The notes: a model not told the origin generated them from the letters alone. Shown: positions 1 through 9,973, counted from the stretch's first letter. The stretch is 64,000 nt of DNA from an uncultured Verrucomicrobiae bacterium (GCA_963707025.1 CAVPOM010000004.1:352001-416000), one strand, 5' to 3'. Program-made: numbers and translations.

Positions 1-1
1 C

Positions 2-100
2 AACATTTATGAGCTGCGCAGCGGCTCGGGCGTCGGCGTCAACGCCGCTCAATACGGCATGCGCCGCGGCCTCTTCGGCACCCTCAGTTACCAGTTCTGA
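2..100 (+). CDS. C-terminal fragment of a TonB-dependent receptor (runs in from the left edge)
   Basis: Frame from nt 2 reads NIYELRSGSGVGVNAAQYGMRRGLFGTLSYQF*, which parallels the next receptor's end (RVYEIRDGTGIGIAAPAYGPRRAFYAGITAAF*) and has a terminal Phe. Not in the ORF track. Confidence 0.85.
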   Translation, partial: NIYELRSGSGVGVNAAQYGMRRGLFGTLSYQF

Positions 101-160
101 AAACCCTCGGGCAGGCGGGCCGCCGGAACATGAATCCGATCAGCTCAAATTCGCGCGCCC

Positions 161-336
161 TCCCCCTCTCTCTCCCCGCTTGCGGGGAGAGAGGCGGGCC
201 GCCCAGCAGGTTGCGCACCCGGATGCCCCCCTCTCTCTCCCCGATTGCGGGGAGAGAGGCGGGCCGCCCAGCAGGTTGCGCACCCGGATGCCCCCCTCTC
301 TCTCCCCGATTGCGGGGAGAGAGGCGGAGAGAGGGG
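161..336. repeat. Tandem array of a 65-bp palindromic REP-like unit (two full copies plus a partial third)
   Basis: Units start at 161, 226 and 291; each has the hairpin CCTCTCTCTCCCCG-nnnn-CGGGGAGAGAGG. Confidence 0.9.
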
Positions 337-420
337 TGGCCAGGCTCGTCGAACGCGTGGGACGAAAAATCTGGTCCCGCGCCCCGGGCCCGGCGTCTGC
401 CCCCGCCGTGCGCCGGGATG

Positions 421-505
421 TATTAGCTTCGATTATTTGTTTTTACATGCAAACATATAATTTGACGCCATACATTTTTTGTGGAATAAGACACAAAAAA
501 TGCAT
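421..505 (+). promoter_or_regulatory. AT-rich promoter/operator region with an inverted repeat overlapping the start codon
   Basis: TATAAT at 456-461; CATTTTTTGTG...CACAAAAAATG inverted repeat covers the ATG at 500. Confidence 0.5.
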
Positions 506-2797
506 GCATCTAAAAGAGGGGCGCAGGCCCCAGGCGCGCTTATCGCACGAAGCCGCTCCCTGCCGCGTCTCCCAGGCCGGCTGCGGCCCGTCCTGTTTGT
601 TCTCGCCGCCCTGCCTCTGGCCGCGGTCGGCGCGGACCCGCCCGGTTCGCAGGCAGCTTCCACCAACATGAACACCAACCCGCCACCCGCCCTGGCGCCG
701 CCGAACACCAACACCGCCGGAACGAATGCCCCCGTCCTGCTCGAAACCGTCGTCGTGACGGGCCATTTGGACGCCGCCCGCGAGCAGATTGCCCCCAGCC
801 TGGGAGCGGTGACTTATGACATTGGCCCGCAGCAGATTCAGTCCATGGGCCAGGGCGAAAACGCCTCCTTCCAGCAGGTCCTCCTGCAAGCGCCGGGCGT
901 GGTGCAGGAGGAATTCGGCGAGGTCCATGTCCGGGGGGATCATGGGGACGTCCAATACCGCGTCAATGGCGTCCTGCTCCCTGAGAGCCTTAATGGCTTC
1001 GGGCAGGAAATTGACTCTCATGTCATCCGCTCGGTCACTCTGATCACGGGAACACTGCCGGCCCAGTTTGGGGACCGCACCGCCGGAATTATTGATGTCA
1101 TCACCAAGACCGGTTCGCAACTCAACGGCGCCGAGCTTTCGCTCTACGGCGGCAGTTACCAAACCTTCAATCCCTCACTGCAATGGGGCGGCGCCACCAG
1201 CAATCTGGACTACTTTGTCGCCGCCTCCTGGTTGCGCGACAACCATGGCATTGACAACACCACGGCCAGCCCCGATCCGCTGCACGATCTGACGGACCAG
1301 GAAAAGCTTTTTGCTTATTTCTCCCATCACTTCGACCCAACCAGCCGCCTGAGCTTGCTGCTGAACAGTTCCTACGGGGACTTTCAGATTCCCGACACGC
1401 CGGGGCTTGTGCCAGCCTATCAGTTGGCGGACAGCCCTCCGGCCAACTCCGCCGCCGCCAACAATTACCAGAACGAGCAGAATTATTACGCGGTGCTCTC
1501 GTATCAGAAATCCGCGGGCAAGCTTCTGTCTCAAGTTTCCATTCTGACCCGATATACGGACATCCGTTTCAGTCCCGACCCGGTGCAGAGCCTGCTTTTC
1601 AGCGGCAATGCGGCGCGGGTGGAGAACAGTGATCTGGCCAGCGGCCTGCAGGCCGACGCCTCTTACGAGTTGGGCGATCACCACACCCTCCGTGCCGGTT
1701 TGCTCGCCAATGATGACATTGAAAAGCTCGACACAACGTCCGCCGTCTTCCGATCAACTGATCTGTTTTCCCCCTCCGGCTCCGGTTTCAATCTGCCAAG
1801 CGCAATACCGCCGCAATCCTCCGCCGCTCCATACAGCATCAGAGCCAATGGCGGCAACAGCGGGTTGACCGCCGGCGTTTACCTCCAGGATGAGTGGGGT
1901 TTGACCGATCACCTCACGCTCAACTACGGCGCGCGTTACGATCTTTTTGACGTTTCGTTTGACCATGAGTGGCAAATCAGTCCGCGCGCCAACCTCGTTT
2001 GGGAGATCAACAAGGCGACTTCCGCCCACATCGGCTATGCGCGCTATTTCATGCCACCGACGCTGCAATTCGTTCCGCCCTCCACCGTCAAGGCATTCGA
2101 CTACACCACCGACGCTCCTTTCAATGACCGGGACGATCCCCCCAAAGTCGAGCGCGACCATTATTTTGACGCCGGCCTTTCCCGCCAGATCAGCGCCCCC
2201 TGGCAGGTGACCCTGGACTCATTCTGCAAGCTGGCCAGGAATCTGCTCGACGACGGCCAGTTTGGCACCGCCGTGATTCTCAACAATTTCAACTACACCT
2301 CCGGCACGGTTTATGGCGCCGAACTGGGCAGCACTTTCAAACAGGGACCCTTCTCCGCCTACGCCAATTACTCGTACGTCCAAACCTGGGCGCGTAATTT
2401 TGACTCCGTTGAAAATGAATTTCCCACCAATGAACTGGGTTATGTGGCCGCCCACCCAATCCAACTGGATCACCAGGGCCGTTTCACCGCCTCCGGCGGT
2501 CTCTCCTATGTCCTGCTCAAGGACACCCGTCTTTATTCCGATTTCCTCTATGGTGACGGCCTGAGAGGGGGATTTGCCAACCTTGAAAAACTAGGCCCTT
2601 ACTGGACGGACAATCTCGGGGTGGAGCATGTCTGGCATTTGCATTCCGCGGGCTTCAGCGCCTTGAAGCTGCGTTTTGATTGCCTTAATCTTTTCGACCG
2701 CGTCTATGAAATCCGCGACGGCACTGGCATCGGCATCGCCGCCCCGGCCTATGGTCCCCGCCGCGCCTTTTATGCCGGGATCACCGCGGCCTTCTGA
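500..2797 (+). CDS. TonB-dependent receptor
   Basis: Signal peptide, TonB-box-like ETVVVTG, plug motifs, YLQDEW/LNYGARYD/SPR barrel motifs, terminal Phe. Confidence 0.95.
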   Translation: MHASKRGAQAPGALIARSRSLPRLPGRLRPVLFVLAALPLAAVGADPPGSQAASTNMNTNPPPALAPPNTNTAGTNAPVLLETVVVTGHLDAAREQIAPSLGAVTYDIGPQQIQSMGQGENASFQQVLLQAPGVVQEEFGEVHVRGDHGDVQYRVNGVLLPESLNGFGQEIDSHVIRSVTLITGTLPAQFGDRTAGIIDVITKTGSQLNGAELSLYGGSYQTFNPSLQWGGATSNLDYFVAASWLRDNHGIDNTTASPDPLHDLTDQEKLFAYFSHHFDPTSRLSLLLNSSYGDFQIPDTPGLVPAYQLADSPPANSAAANNYQNEQNYYAVLSYQKSAGKLLSQVSILTRYTDIRFSPDPVQSLLFSGNAARVENSDLASGLQADASYELGDHHTLRAGLLANDDIEKLDTTSAVFRSTDLFSPSGSGFNLPSAIPPQSSAAPYSIRANGGNSGLTAGVYLQDEWGLTDHLTLNYGARYDLFDVSFDHEWQISPRANLVWEINKATSAHIGYARYFMPPTLQFVPPSTVKAFDYTTDAPFNDRDDPPKVERDHYFDAGLSRQISAPWQVTLDSFCKLARNLLDDGQFGTAVILNNFNYTSGTVYGAELGSTFKQGPFSAYANYSYVQTWARNFDSVENEFPTNELGYVAAHPIQLDHQGRFTASGGLSYVLLKDTRLYSDFLYGDGLRGGFANLEKLGPYWTDNLGVEHVWHLHSAGFSALKLRFDCLNLFDRVYEIRDGTGIGIAAPAYGPRRAFYAGITAAF

Positions 2798-2804
2798 ACA
2801 GACC

Positions 2805-3524
2805 ATGAATGCGATCCATGCCAATGCGGGCGCGGGCGGTTACCAGTTGAAAGACGAGCTGGCCCGTGTTTGCCTGCCCGCCCCTCATGCCCACGATCAG
2901 CGCAACCTGGCCTGGACCAACTCCATCTGCCTGCTCTTTCTCATCGTCGGCCTGGTGGGTTTCCGCCCGGCCCCGCCCCCGCCCATCCTGGTCAAGCCTT
3001 TGGAGGAGCCGGCGCCGGTCATTATCGAGCCGCCGCCGGCCCCGCCGCCCGCTCCGGTCGAGTTGAGCCAGGACAACAAACCGCCTGAGAAGCCGGAGAC
3101 AGACCAGCCCAAGGTGCTGGTCACGCTCGCGTCGCCCGCCGTCATTTTCTCCGTCCCCACGCTCAACGGCACCCTCGTTACTGTCAAACAGTACCAAGTG
3201 CCGGCGGAGACCCATGCGGCGCCGCAAGCACCGCCGCCGCAACCGCCCGCCCAGCCCAGCCGGTTGGAGAACACCGGGCAGGGTGGGGACCGCCCCGAGC
3301 CAACTTATCCCAAAATGGCCGAGGATTTGGGCCAGCAGGGAACCGTCGTGTTGTTGTTGACCGCCGACGAAGCGGGCCTCATCATGGCGGTCGAGGTCAA
3401 GGAGTCCTCCGGCTCCTCCATCCTGGATCACGCCTCGGCGGAGTTCGTCAAGAAGCACTGGACCGTTTCGCCGGGCGCGCGCGGACGGTTGTTTCAGGCG
3501 GCCATTAACTACAAACTAAGGTGA
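2805..3524 (+). CDS. tonB: Energy transducer TonB
   Basis: TM anchor, Pro-rich linker, C-terminal PTYPKMAEDLGQQGTV...SSGSSILD. Confidence 0.9.
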   Translation: MNAIHANAGAGGYQLKDELARVCLPAPHAHDQRNLAWTNSICLLFLIVGLVGFRPAPPPPILVKPLEEPAPVIIEPPPAPPPAPVELSQDNKPPEKPETDQPKVLVTLASPAVIFSVPTLNGTLVTVKQYQVPAETHAAPQAPPPQPPAQPSRLENTGQGGDRPEPTYPKMAEDLGQQGTVVLLLTADEAGLIMAVEVKESSGSSILDHASAEFVKKHWTVSPGARGRLFQAAINYKLR

Positions 3525-3553
3525 TCTCCGGTTAGAAAGCGACTTATAAAATT

Positions 3554-4180
3554 ATGATGGCGAATATCGTGGTGGAGTTCTTCGGCAAAGGCGGCCCGGT
3601 CATGTGGCCGATCCTGGTGGCGGCGCTGGTCGCCGTGGCAGTGGTGGGCGAGCGCTCCTTCTGGTGGTGGCGCGAAAGCCGCCGCCGCGACCCCCGCAAG
3701 CTGGAGCAGGTTCTGGCCGCCCTGGAAAATTCCGATGTCTCCGCCGCCCTCAAAATCGCCGGCGGTTCGGAGGACGCGGTGGTGCGCATGATCTATCGCG
3801 GCTTGAGCCACGTCCACGCCTCGATGGAAGGGGCCTTGCAGTTGGCCGCCGGCATCGAGTTGGAGCGGGCCGGCCGCTTCCTCACCGTGATGGACACCCT
3901 GGTGACGCTGGCCCCGCTGCTGGGCTTGCTCGGCACCGTCACCGGCCTGATGCATGCCTTTCTCCAGGTGGGCAACGAGGAACTGGCCGTGGGCGCGGTC
4001 ACCGGCGGCATTGGCGAGGCTCTCATCGCCACCTGCTGCGGCCTGGGCATCGCCATTTTCTCGCTCATCCCCTTTAATTTTTTTACCGCCAAGGTGGCCC
4101 GCCTCCAATTTGAACTGGAGACCGCCGCCTCCAACGTCGAAGTCATGGTCAAGGCCGGTAAAATCAACGGAGCGAAGTGA
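3554..4180 (+). CDS. exbB: MotA/TolQ/ExbB proton channel
   Basis: APLLGLLGTVTG and GIGEALIAT motifs; operon context. Confidence 0.93.
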   Translation: MMANIVVEFFGKGGPVMWPILVAALVAVAVVGERSFWWWRESRRRDPRKLEQVLAALENSDVSAALKIAGGSEDAVVRMIYRGLSHVHASMEGALQLAAGIELERAGRFLTVMDTLVTLAPLLGLLGTVTGLMHAFLQVGNEELAVGAVTGGIGEALIATCCGLGIAIFSLIPFNFFTAKVARLQFELETAASNVEVMVKAGKINGAK

Positions 4181-4605
4181 GAATCCCCTCGCCAGTCCAG
4201 GGCAAACGCTGCCGCATTGAGATCATTCCTTTGATTGACATCATGTTCTTTTTGCTCGCCTCCTTCATGATGGTCAGCCTTCAGTTGGAGCAGGCCCACA
4301 ACATCAAGGTCAATCTGCCACCCGCCGCCAGGGCCGCCGCCGATTTCAAGCCGGGCCTGGTCAACATCGCGGTGGACACCAACGGCGCCGTCTGGCTGGA
4401 AAGCAAACCCATCACCCTGCCCGAATTGCGGCTGGTCCTGAGCAACCGCTTCCGCCTGGACACCAATCTGCCCGTCTATCTCAGCGGCGACGGCGGCGTG
4501 CTGCAGGGGGCGATTTCCGACGTGTTGCTCACCATCCGCAATGTCGGCGTGCAAAAAGTGGCCTTCATGGTCAAGGACCGCGCGGGGGGAGCGGGCCATC
4601 CGTGA
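4177..4605 (+). CDS. exbD: Biopolymer transporter ExbD
   Basis: IEIIPLIDIMFFLLASFMMVS; GTG start overlaps exbB stop. Confidence 0.93.
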   Translation: MRIPSPVQGKRCRIEIIPLIDIMFFLLASFMMVSLQLEQAHNIKVNLPPAARAAADFKPGLVNIAVDTNGAVWLESKPITLPELRLVLSNRFRLDTNLPVYLSGDGGVLQGAISDVLLTIRNVGVQKVAFMVKDRAGGAGHP

Positions 4606-5033
4606 AAATCCGCTCCCCCATCAGCCGCAAGAGGCCCCGCCTGGAAATCATTCCTTTGATTGACATCATGTTTTTTCTGCTCGCCTCCTTTATGATGGTC
4701 AGCCTGCAAATGCAGAAGGTCCGCACCCTCAAGGCCAGCCTCCCCACCGCCACCCTGGCCGCCGCCAACACCAAGCCCGACATGATCAACCTCCGGGTGG
4801 ACCGCCTGGGGCTGTTTCACCTGGAGAAGGCCCCGCCCATTAACCGCGCCGATTTGCGTGCGCTCCTGACCAATCGTTTCGCCCATAACACCAACCTGCC
4901 CGTCAGCATCAGCGGCGACCGCGACGCCCGCTACGGGGACACCATTGCCTTGCTGGACTTCGTCGAACAGGCCGGCATCCGGCGCGTCGCGGTGGCGGTG
5001 ACCGGGGCGGAGGCGCCGCGCGCCCTCCCATAA
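4602..5033 (+). CDS. exbD: Biopolymer transporter ExbD (second copy)
   Basis: Same TM motif, near-identical at DNA level to the first copy over the TM segment. Confidence 0.93.
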   Translation: MKIRSPISRKRPRLEIIPLIDIMFFLLASFMMVSLQMQKVRTLKASLPTATLAAANTKPDMINLRVDRLGLFHLEKAPPINRADLRALLTNRFAHNTNLPVSISGDRDARYGDTIALLDFVEQAGIRRVAVAVTGAEAPRALP

Positions 5034-5035
5034 GC

Positions 5036-5599
5036 ATGAAAAGCTTCCAACAAAATCTGTTGATCGCCCTTGCTTTTGCCCTGTGCGCCCTGTGCGTCTG
5101 GCAATGGCATTTTCAAACCGTGCAGCGGGGCTGGCTGGCCGACCGGAACAAGGACATTGCCGCCAGGGACACCAAGATCCAGAGCTACACCAATTCCCTG
5201 GACAAGATGGACCAGCAAATCACCCGGATGGACCAGACCATCGCCGGATTGGACGACAATTTGCGGCAGGCGCTCAAGACCAACAGCGAATTCATCATCC
5301 TGCAGAAACGCCAGATCGCCCGCCTGGACGCCAGCAACGACACCCTGCTCAGCGACGCGGCCCAATACACCAACGCCATCGCCATTTTGCAAAGCAACCT
5401 GAGCACCGCTTACGCCGGCATCAAAACGCAAAACACCAACCTGGAGCTGCTGGCGGCCGATCGCGAGAAGTGGTACAAAGCGTACACCAACACCGTCAGC
5501 CAGTACAACGACCTCGTCGGCAAATACACCAACGTCGTGGACCGCCTCAACCAGCTCCAGGCCGCCGCCGCCGCCGCCACCAATGCCCCGCACAAATAA
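5036..5599 (+). CDS. Membrane-anchored coiled-coil hypothetical protein
   Basis: N-terminal hydrophobic segment, heptad-like helix, 2 nt after the exbD stop. Confidence 0.8.
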   Translation: MKSFQQNLLIALAFALCALCVWQWHFQTVQRGWLADRNKDIAARDTKIQSYTNSLDKMDQQITRMDQTIAGLDDNLRQALKTNSEFIILQKRQIARLDASNDTLLSDAAQYTNAIAILQSNLSTAYAGIKTQNTNLELLAADREKWYKAYTNTVSQYNDLVGKYTNVVDRLNQLQAAAAAATNAPHK

Positions 5600-5725
5600 G
5601 CGGCTTGGCTGGAGCGGTTTCAAGAAAACTGTGGCCCGACAAGGCAAACCAGCTCATCGCGTCCTGGCGGGGTGTTATGGCTGCACTGTTATTGAAAATG
5701 CTCCAATCTGCTCACTGAAATTGCT

Positions 5726-6685
5726 CTAAAAGTGATAACTCAGGATCACCTTGAACAGCGCCGAGGCCGCCAACTGGTTGCCCCGGAAGTCCTGGAAGAC
5801 GGGCAGTTCCACATCCGCATACAAACTCACCGGGTGCAGGTGGAACTCCATCCCGGGCGAGAGCATGATCCGCTGGTAGCCGGAGGCCGTCCCGCCGGCC
5901 GTGGCGTTGGCCCCGCTGTCGCTGGTCCTTTCCGAGGCGATGACTTGCGCCACCGGCGTGATCCGCATGCGCCCGAGCGACCAGCCGCTGTAGTAGAGGC
6001 CCGCCGCCGTGTCAATTTCCACCCCCGGCCGATAGTGGGCTTGCGTCAGCGTCGGCAGATCCAACAAGGCCTGCGCAAACCAGTTCACCTGGTTGTCCTT
6101 CGTCACCGCGCCGCGATGAAAGCCGCCCAGGAGCAGATCAGTGCTCCCGGTCCCGATTTCCGAGTCCCGGTCCACGTCGCCATAAGCATTGTTGTGCGAG
6201 AAACTCCCGGTCGGCAGCTTGAAACCAAAGGTCAGGCCGCTGGACAAATCCGGTGAAAACCCGGTGTAGATTCCCTCCAGCCGGATGTCCCCCAGTTGGC
6301 TCCAATGCTCCGAGGCAATGGGATTGCCCGGCGCGGCCGAGACGGTTTTGAAAACTCGATTATCATAAGGCACTTCGGCCTGGATTCCCCAACTGCGGTT
6401 GAACAGGTACTGAATTCCCGCCGTGAAAAAGTGCGTCCGGATTTCCTTGTCCGTATTATCCGCCGCCGGCGCCTGCGAAGTGCCGCTCCAATTGTGCTTC
6501 TGATCCATGAAATCATAATCCACAAACGCCATCCCCCCGGTCCCCTGGGGAAACATCGAACTGGTCGCCACGTCGAACACGCCGCAGCCGCAGGCGCAGC
6601 CGCGGGCCGCGCCCGGCGCCAGCCCCAGGGCCGCCAGCGCGATGCAAATCGCCCGCTCCAAAATCCTTTTCGGCTTCATATTCAT
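5726..6685 (-). CDS. Putative outer-membrane beta-barrel transporter with N-terminal CACGCG motif
   Basis: Signal peptide followed by CACGCG; GDIRL, LPTG and GTGSTD motifs; terminal YHF. Confidence 0.75.
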   Translation of the reverse strand: MNMKPKRILERAICIALAALGLAPGAARGCACGCGVFDVATSSMFPQGTGGMAFVDYDFMDQKHNWSGTSQAPAADNTDKEIRTHFFTAGIQYLFNRSWGIQAEVPYDNRVFKTVSAAPGNPIASEHWSQLGDIRLEGIYTGFSPDLSSGLTFGFKLPTGSFSHNNAYGDVDRDSEIGTGSTDLLLGGFHRGAVTKDNQVNWFAQALLDLPTLTQAHYRPGVEIDTAAGLYYSGWSLGRMRITPVAQVIASERTSDSGANATAGGTASGYQRIMLSPGMEFHLHPVSLYADVELPVFQDFRGNQLAASALFKVILSYHF

Positions 6686-6690
6686 AATTC

Positions 6691-6714
6691 TAATCCTAAT
6701 CTTAATCCTAATCT
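6691..6714. repeat. YTAATC hexamer tract
   Basis: taatcctaatcttaatcctaatct; recurs at about 17577, 25660 and 28816. Confidence 0.85.
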
Positions 6715-6784
6715 CATTCTTATCTTCAACCACATTCGTGATTGATCAGCCCCCGCTTCGTGGCATGATAACTTTCATTCGCTC

Positions 6785-8317
6785 ATGAAGAAAAAGAAAA
6801 AATCATCGAAGGTTGATCGCCGCGCTTTCCTGAAAAACTCCTCCGTCGCCGCTTTCATGGCCATGATGGGCGGCGTGGAACTGACCGCGCCGGGCTGCCG
6901 GCGCTCCCAACCGGTCCGCCTCGGGGCCACCATGGGCGGCGGGGAGGGGGCCGCGCCGGGCGGCGCCCAAACTGCCCAGCCGGCCGGCGCGGAGGCGCCG
7001 TTGACCACCAAACCTGCCCTCCCGCCCGTCCACTACGGCGTCATCGGTGCGGGCCCGTGGGGCCGCAAAATCATCACCACCCTGACCCTGCTCAAGAACG
7101 ACACCCAGTTTAGCAACACCGAGGTCGTCGCCGTCTGCGACCACTTCCCGGCCTGGTCGAGTCGCGCCGGCGAACTGGCCCCCGCCGCGGAACGCTTCGA
7201 CGATTACCAGAAGCTCCTGGCCAAACCGGAAGTGCAGGCCGTGGTGGTGGCCACCCCCACTCACCAGCACCGCGACATCGTCCTGGCTGCCCTCAAGGCC
7301 GGCAAACACGTCTATTGCGAGGCGCCCCTGGCCCACACCGTCGCCGACGCCAAGGACATCGCCCGCGCCGCGCAATCGGCCTTCAAACTGGTTTTTCAGG
7401 CCGGGTTGCAGGAACGCTCCCATCCCCATCGCCATTTCCTCTGGCCCTTTATCCGCACCGCCGCCCTGGGCCGCAACGTGCTGGTCCGCGCCCAATGGCA
7501 CAAGAAGGGGAGTTGGGCCAGGACCGGCTCCACCCCGGCCCGCACCGACGAACTCAACTGGCGCCTGCATCAGGCCACCAGCCCCGGCCTGATGGGCGAA
7601 GCCGCCATCCACCGTTTGGACGCCGTTACCTGGTTTTTGGGCGGGCCTCATTTGGGCGGGCGTCCCAGCGCCGTCAGCGGGTTCAGTTCCCTCATTCTGT
7701 GGGACGATGGCCGCGATGTGCCCGACACGGTGCAATGCGTTTTTGAATTCCCTCAAGGCCCCAACTCCGGCGTCCGCTTCCTTTGCGACGCCACCTTGTG
7801 CAATTCCTTCGACTCCGAATACGAGATGTATTACGGCACCGACTCGGCCATCCTCATGCAGCCGGGCAACGAGAGCCGCGACAGCAAGGCCTGGATGTTC
7901 AAGGAGGCCGATGCCCCCATGCTCGGCTGGGAAGTCTATGCCCGCAAAGACAGCTTCGGCGCCGAGTCCGGCGTCTCCCTGGTGGCCAATGCCAGCAAGC
8001 AAACCGCCTTGACCGGCCAGACCTCCGCCGCCAACGCCCCTCCCGCCGCCGAAGCCCTGCAATACGCCCTGCAATCCTTCACCGCCAACGTCGGCCTCCT
8101 CAGCATCTGGCGCAAACTTTATGAGGAAGACAATGGAGCGGCCGACACCCCGGACTACCGGGCGGCCTTCGCCGAGGAGCGCAAACTCCATCTGGCCCAG
8201 AACCCCGCCGCCGGATGGGAGGAGGGCCTGGAGGCCACCATCCTGGCCATCAAAGCCAACGAGGCCGCGCTGCTCAAACAAAAGCTCGAACTCAAAAATG
8301 AATTCTTCGAATTATGA
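6785..8317 (+). CDS. Tat-exported Gfo/Idh/MocA oxidoreductase
   Basis: DRRAFLK twin-arginine; GVIGAGPWG; VATPTHQH; GKHVYCEAP. Confidence 0.9.
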   Translation: MKKKKKSSKVDRRAFLKNSSVAAFMAMMGGVELTAPGCRRSQPVRLGATMGGGEGAAPGGAQTAQPAGAEAPLTTKPALPPVHYGVIGAGPWGRKIITTLTLLKNDTQFSNTEVVAVCDHFPAWSSRAGELAPAAERFDDYQKLLAKPEVQAVVVATPTHQHRDIVLAALKAGKHVYCEAPLAHTVADAKDIARAAQSAFKLVFQAGLQERSHPHRHFLWPFIRTAALGRNVLVRAQWHKKGSWARTGSTPARTDELNWRLHQATSPGLMGEAAIHRLDAVTWFLGGPHLGGRPSAVSGFSSLILWDDGRDVPDTVQCVFEFPQGPNSGVRFLCDATLCNSFDSEYEMYYGTDSAILMQPGNESRDSKAWMFKEADAPMLGWEVYARKDSFGAESGVSLVANASKQTALTGQTSAANAPPAAEALQYALQSFTANVGLLSIWRKLYEEDNGAADTPDYRAAFAEERKLHLAQNPAAGWEEGLEATILAIKANEAALLKQKLELKNEFFEL

Positions 8318-9003
8318 AAAAACCGGCTCGCACCCCCATTCCGTTCCTGCTCCTGGCCTCTCTGCTTTTGGCCGGCCCCGCGGCCTTGCGCGCCGCCGAC
8401 CCGCCCGCTCATTACCAGTCCCAACCGAACGACACCAACTCCTCGGTGGCCATTCAAGGCACCTCCACCGTCCACGATTGGGAGATGAAAGGCCCGCGCA
8501 TCAACGGCTCGGTGGATTTTCCCGCCGGCGTGACCTTCGACCTCGCTCAAACCAACCTGCCCGGCCTCAAGAACGGCGTCCTGCCGGCCACCGTCACGGC
8601 CAGAATCACCATTCGCACCATCCATAGCGAAGTTGACCACCTGCCCGAAGTCATGGATGGCCTGATGCAAACCGCCCTGAAGGAAACCACCTATCCCAGA
8701 ATCGAATATCACGTCACCGAATTGAAGCTGCAACTGCCCCACGTGGCCGGCCAGCCCTTCGTCTTCGATGCCAAGGGCGATCTGGCCATTGCCGGTGTCA
8801 CCAATAAAGTCGCCTTTCCCGTCACCATCGCGCCCTTCGGCAAGGACAAAATCAAAATCAGCGGCACGGCCAAATTGAAGATGACCGACTTCAAAATTCA
8901 ACCGCCCGCGCCCAATTTCGGCCTGGGCCTGATGAAATGCGGCGACGACATCAAGATCATCTTCGAGTGGGGCCTTGTCTTCGTCCCGCCCAAGCAGCCG
9001 TGA
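8314..9003 (+). CDS. YceI family periplasmic protein
   Basis: IQGTSTVHDW, GDLAIAGVT, LKMTDFKIQPP motifs; signal peptide. Confidence 0.85.
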   Translation: MKKPARTPIPFLLLASLLLAGPAALRAADPPAHYQSQPNDTNSSVAIQGTSTVHDWEMKGPRINGSVDFPAGVTFDLAQTNLPGLKNGVLPATVTARITIRTIHSEVDHLPEVMDGLMQTALKETTYPRIEYHVTELKLQLPHVAGQPFVFDAKGDLAIAGVTNKVAFPVTIAPFGKDKIKISGTAKLKMTDFKIQPPAPNFGLGLMKCGDDIKIIFEWGLVFVPPKQP

Positions 9004-9012
9004 AGCGGCCGT

Positions 9013-9846
9013 TCACCGCAACCATAAAGCAAACGCCCCGATCAGCGCGAAGCCCCCGGCAAAGCTCCCCAGCACCAGCGCCTTGTGGTGTTTGAGAATC
9101 TCCCCCAGCACGGCGTGCGTCGCCAGAAATAGAAAACCGCCCCCCGCATGGGCCAGCGCCAGGGAAAGCCACAAGTGCGATGCGTTCGGGAAAAAAATCA
9201 GCCCCGCCGCCCCGCCCAACAGCGTTGTCCCCTCCACCGTCATCACGTAGTAAATGATCCTCTTCCGGCTCAGTCCCGCCCCCAGCAGCAACGCCCCCAG
9301 CGCCAAGCCCTCCGGTATTTTATGCACGCACACCGCCAGGATGATGGTGAAGCCGGTGCCGTGGCTGCCCGCCGGCGCGCTTTCTGTTTGCTCTCCTCCC
9401 GCCGCCAGGACCGGCCCGCCGGCCGCAGCGTGCGCCGCCATGTTCTGGTTCGATTTCTCTCCTCCCGCCGCCATGGCCAGCCCGTCCACCGTGCAGTGGA
9501 TCCCCAGCGCCAGCATCATGGCCGAGGCGATCTCGCTGAACCGGTGCGTCGTGGCCTCATCGAAATGGCTCGCCGCGCACGCCGGGCACACATGGAAAAT
9601 GTACTTGCTGATCAAGGCGAAGACGGCATAGCCGGACGCCAGGCCCAGCAACAATTGCCACCAGTGCAGCGCCTGCAAGGTCTCGGGCAGAATGGCAAAC
9701 ACCGTCACTCCCAGGAGCGATCCCGCTCCGACGCTGATCAGCGCGCACAACCGCTTGTGCGAAGTGCCCAGGGTGGCCCCCAGCACCCCGCCGCCCACAG
9801 CCAGCGCGAACGCCAGAATCACAAATGCAAATGAATCTTCCTTCAT
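9013..9846 (-). CDS. ZIP family divalent metal transporter
   Basis: IHCTVDGLA and VHKIPEG motifs, multiple TM helices, HVCPACAASH loop. Confidence 0.88.
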   Translation of the reverse strand: MKEDSFAFVILAFALAVGGGVLGATLGTSHKRLCALISVGAGSLLGVTVFAILPETLQALHWWQLLLGLASGYAVFALISKYIFHVCPACAASHFDEATTHRFSEIASAMMLALGIHCTVDGLAMAAGGEKSNQNMAAHAAAGGPVLAAGGEQTESAPAGSHGTGFTIILAVCVHKIPEGLALGALLLGAGLSRKRIIYYVMTVEGTTLLGGAAGLIFFPNASHLWLSLALAHAGGGFLFLATHAVLGEILKHHKALVLGSFAGGFALIGAFALWLR

Positions 9847-9903
9847 GGTGTGCGGCGCGTTCTTTCTCCCTCTCCTCCACACGCGGGCGGAAGAAAGGCC
9901 AGG

Positions 9904-9973
9904 CCTGTCCACCCTCCTGTCCACGCTCCTGTCCACCCTCCTGTCCACCCTCCTGTCCACCCTCCTGTCCACC
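9904..9973. repeat. 12-bp tandem repeat (CCTGTCCACCCT, 5 full copies plus a partial) abutting a GTAG-type REP
   Basis: Direct reading of the sequence. Confidence 0.9.

Noticed and set aside
161..336. Possible CRISPR array
   Set aside because: The linkers are identical rather than unique spacers, the hairpin belongs to a dispersed REP family, and no cas genes are present
336..500. Cobalamin or other riboswitch upstream of the receptor
   Set aside because: No recognisable aptamer core motifs by eye; an Rfam scan would be decisive
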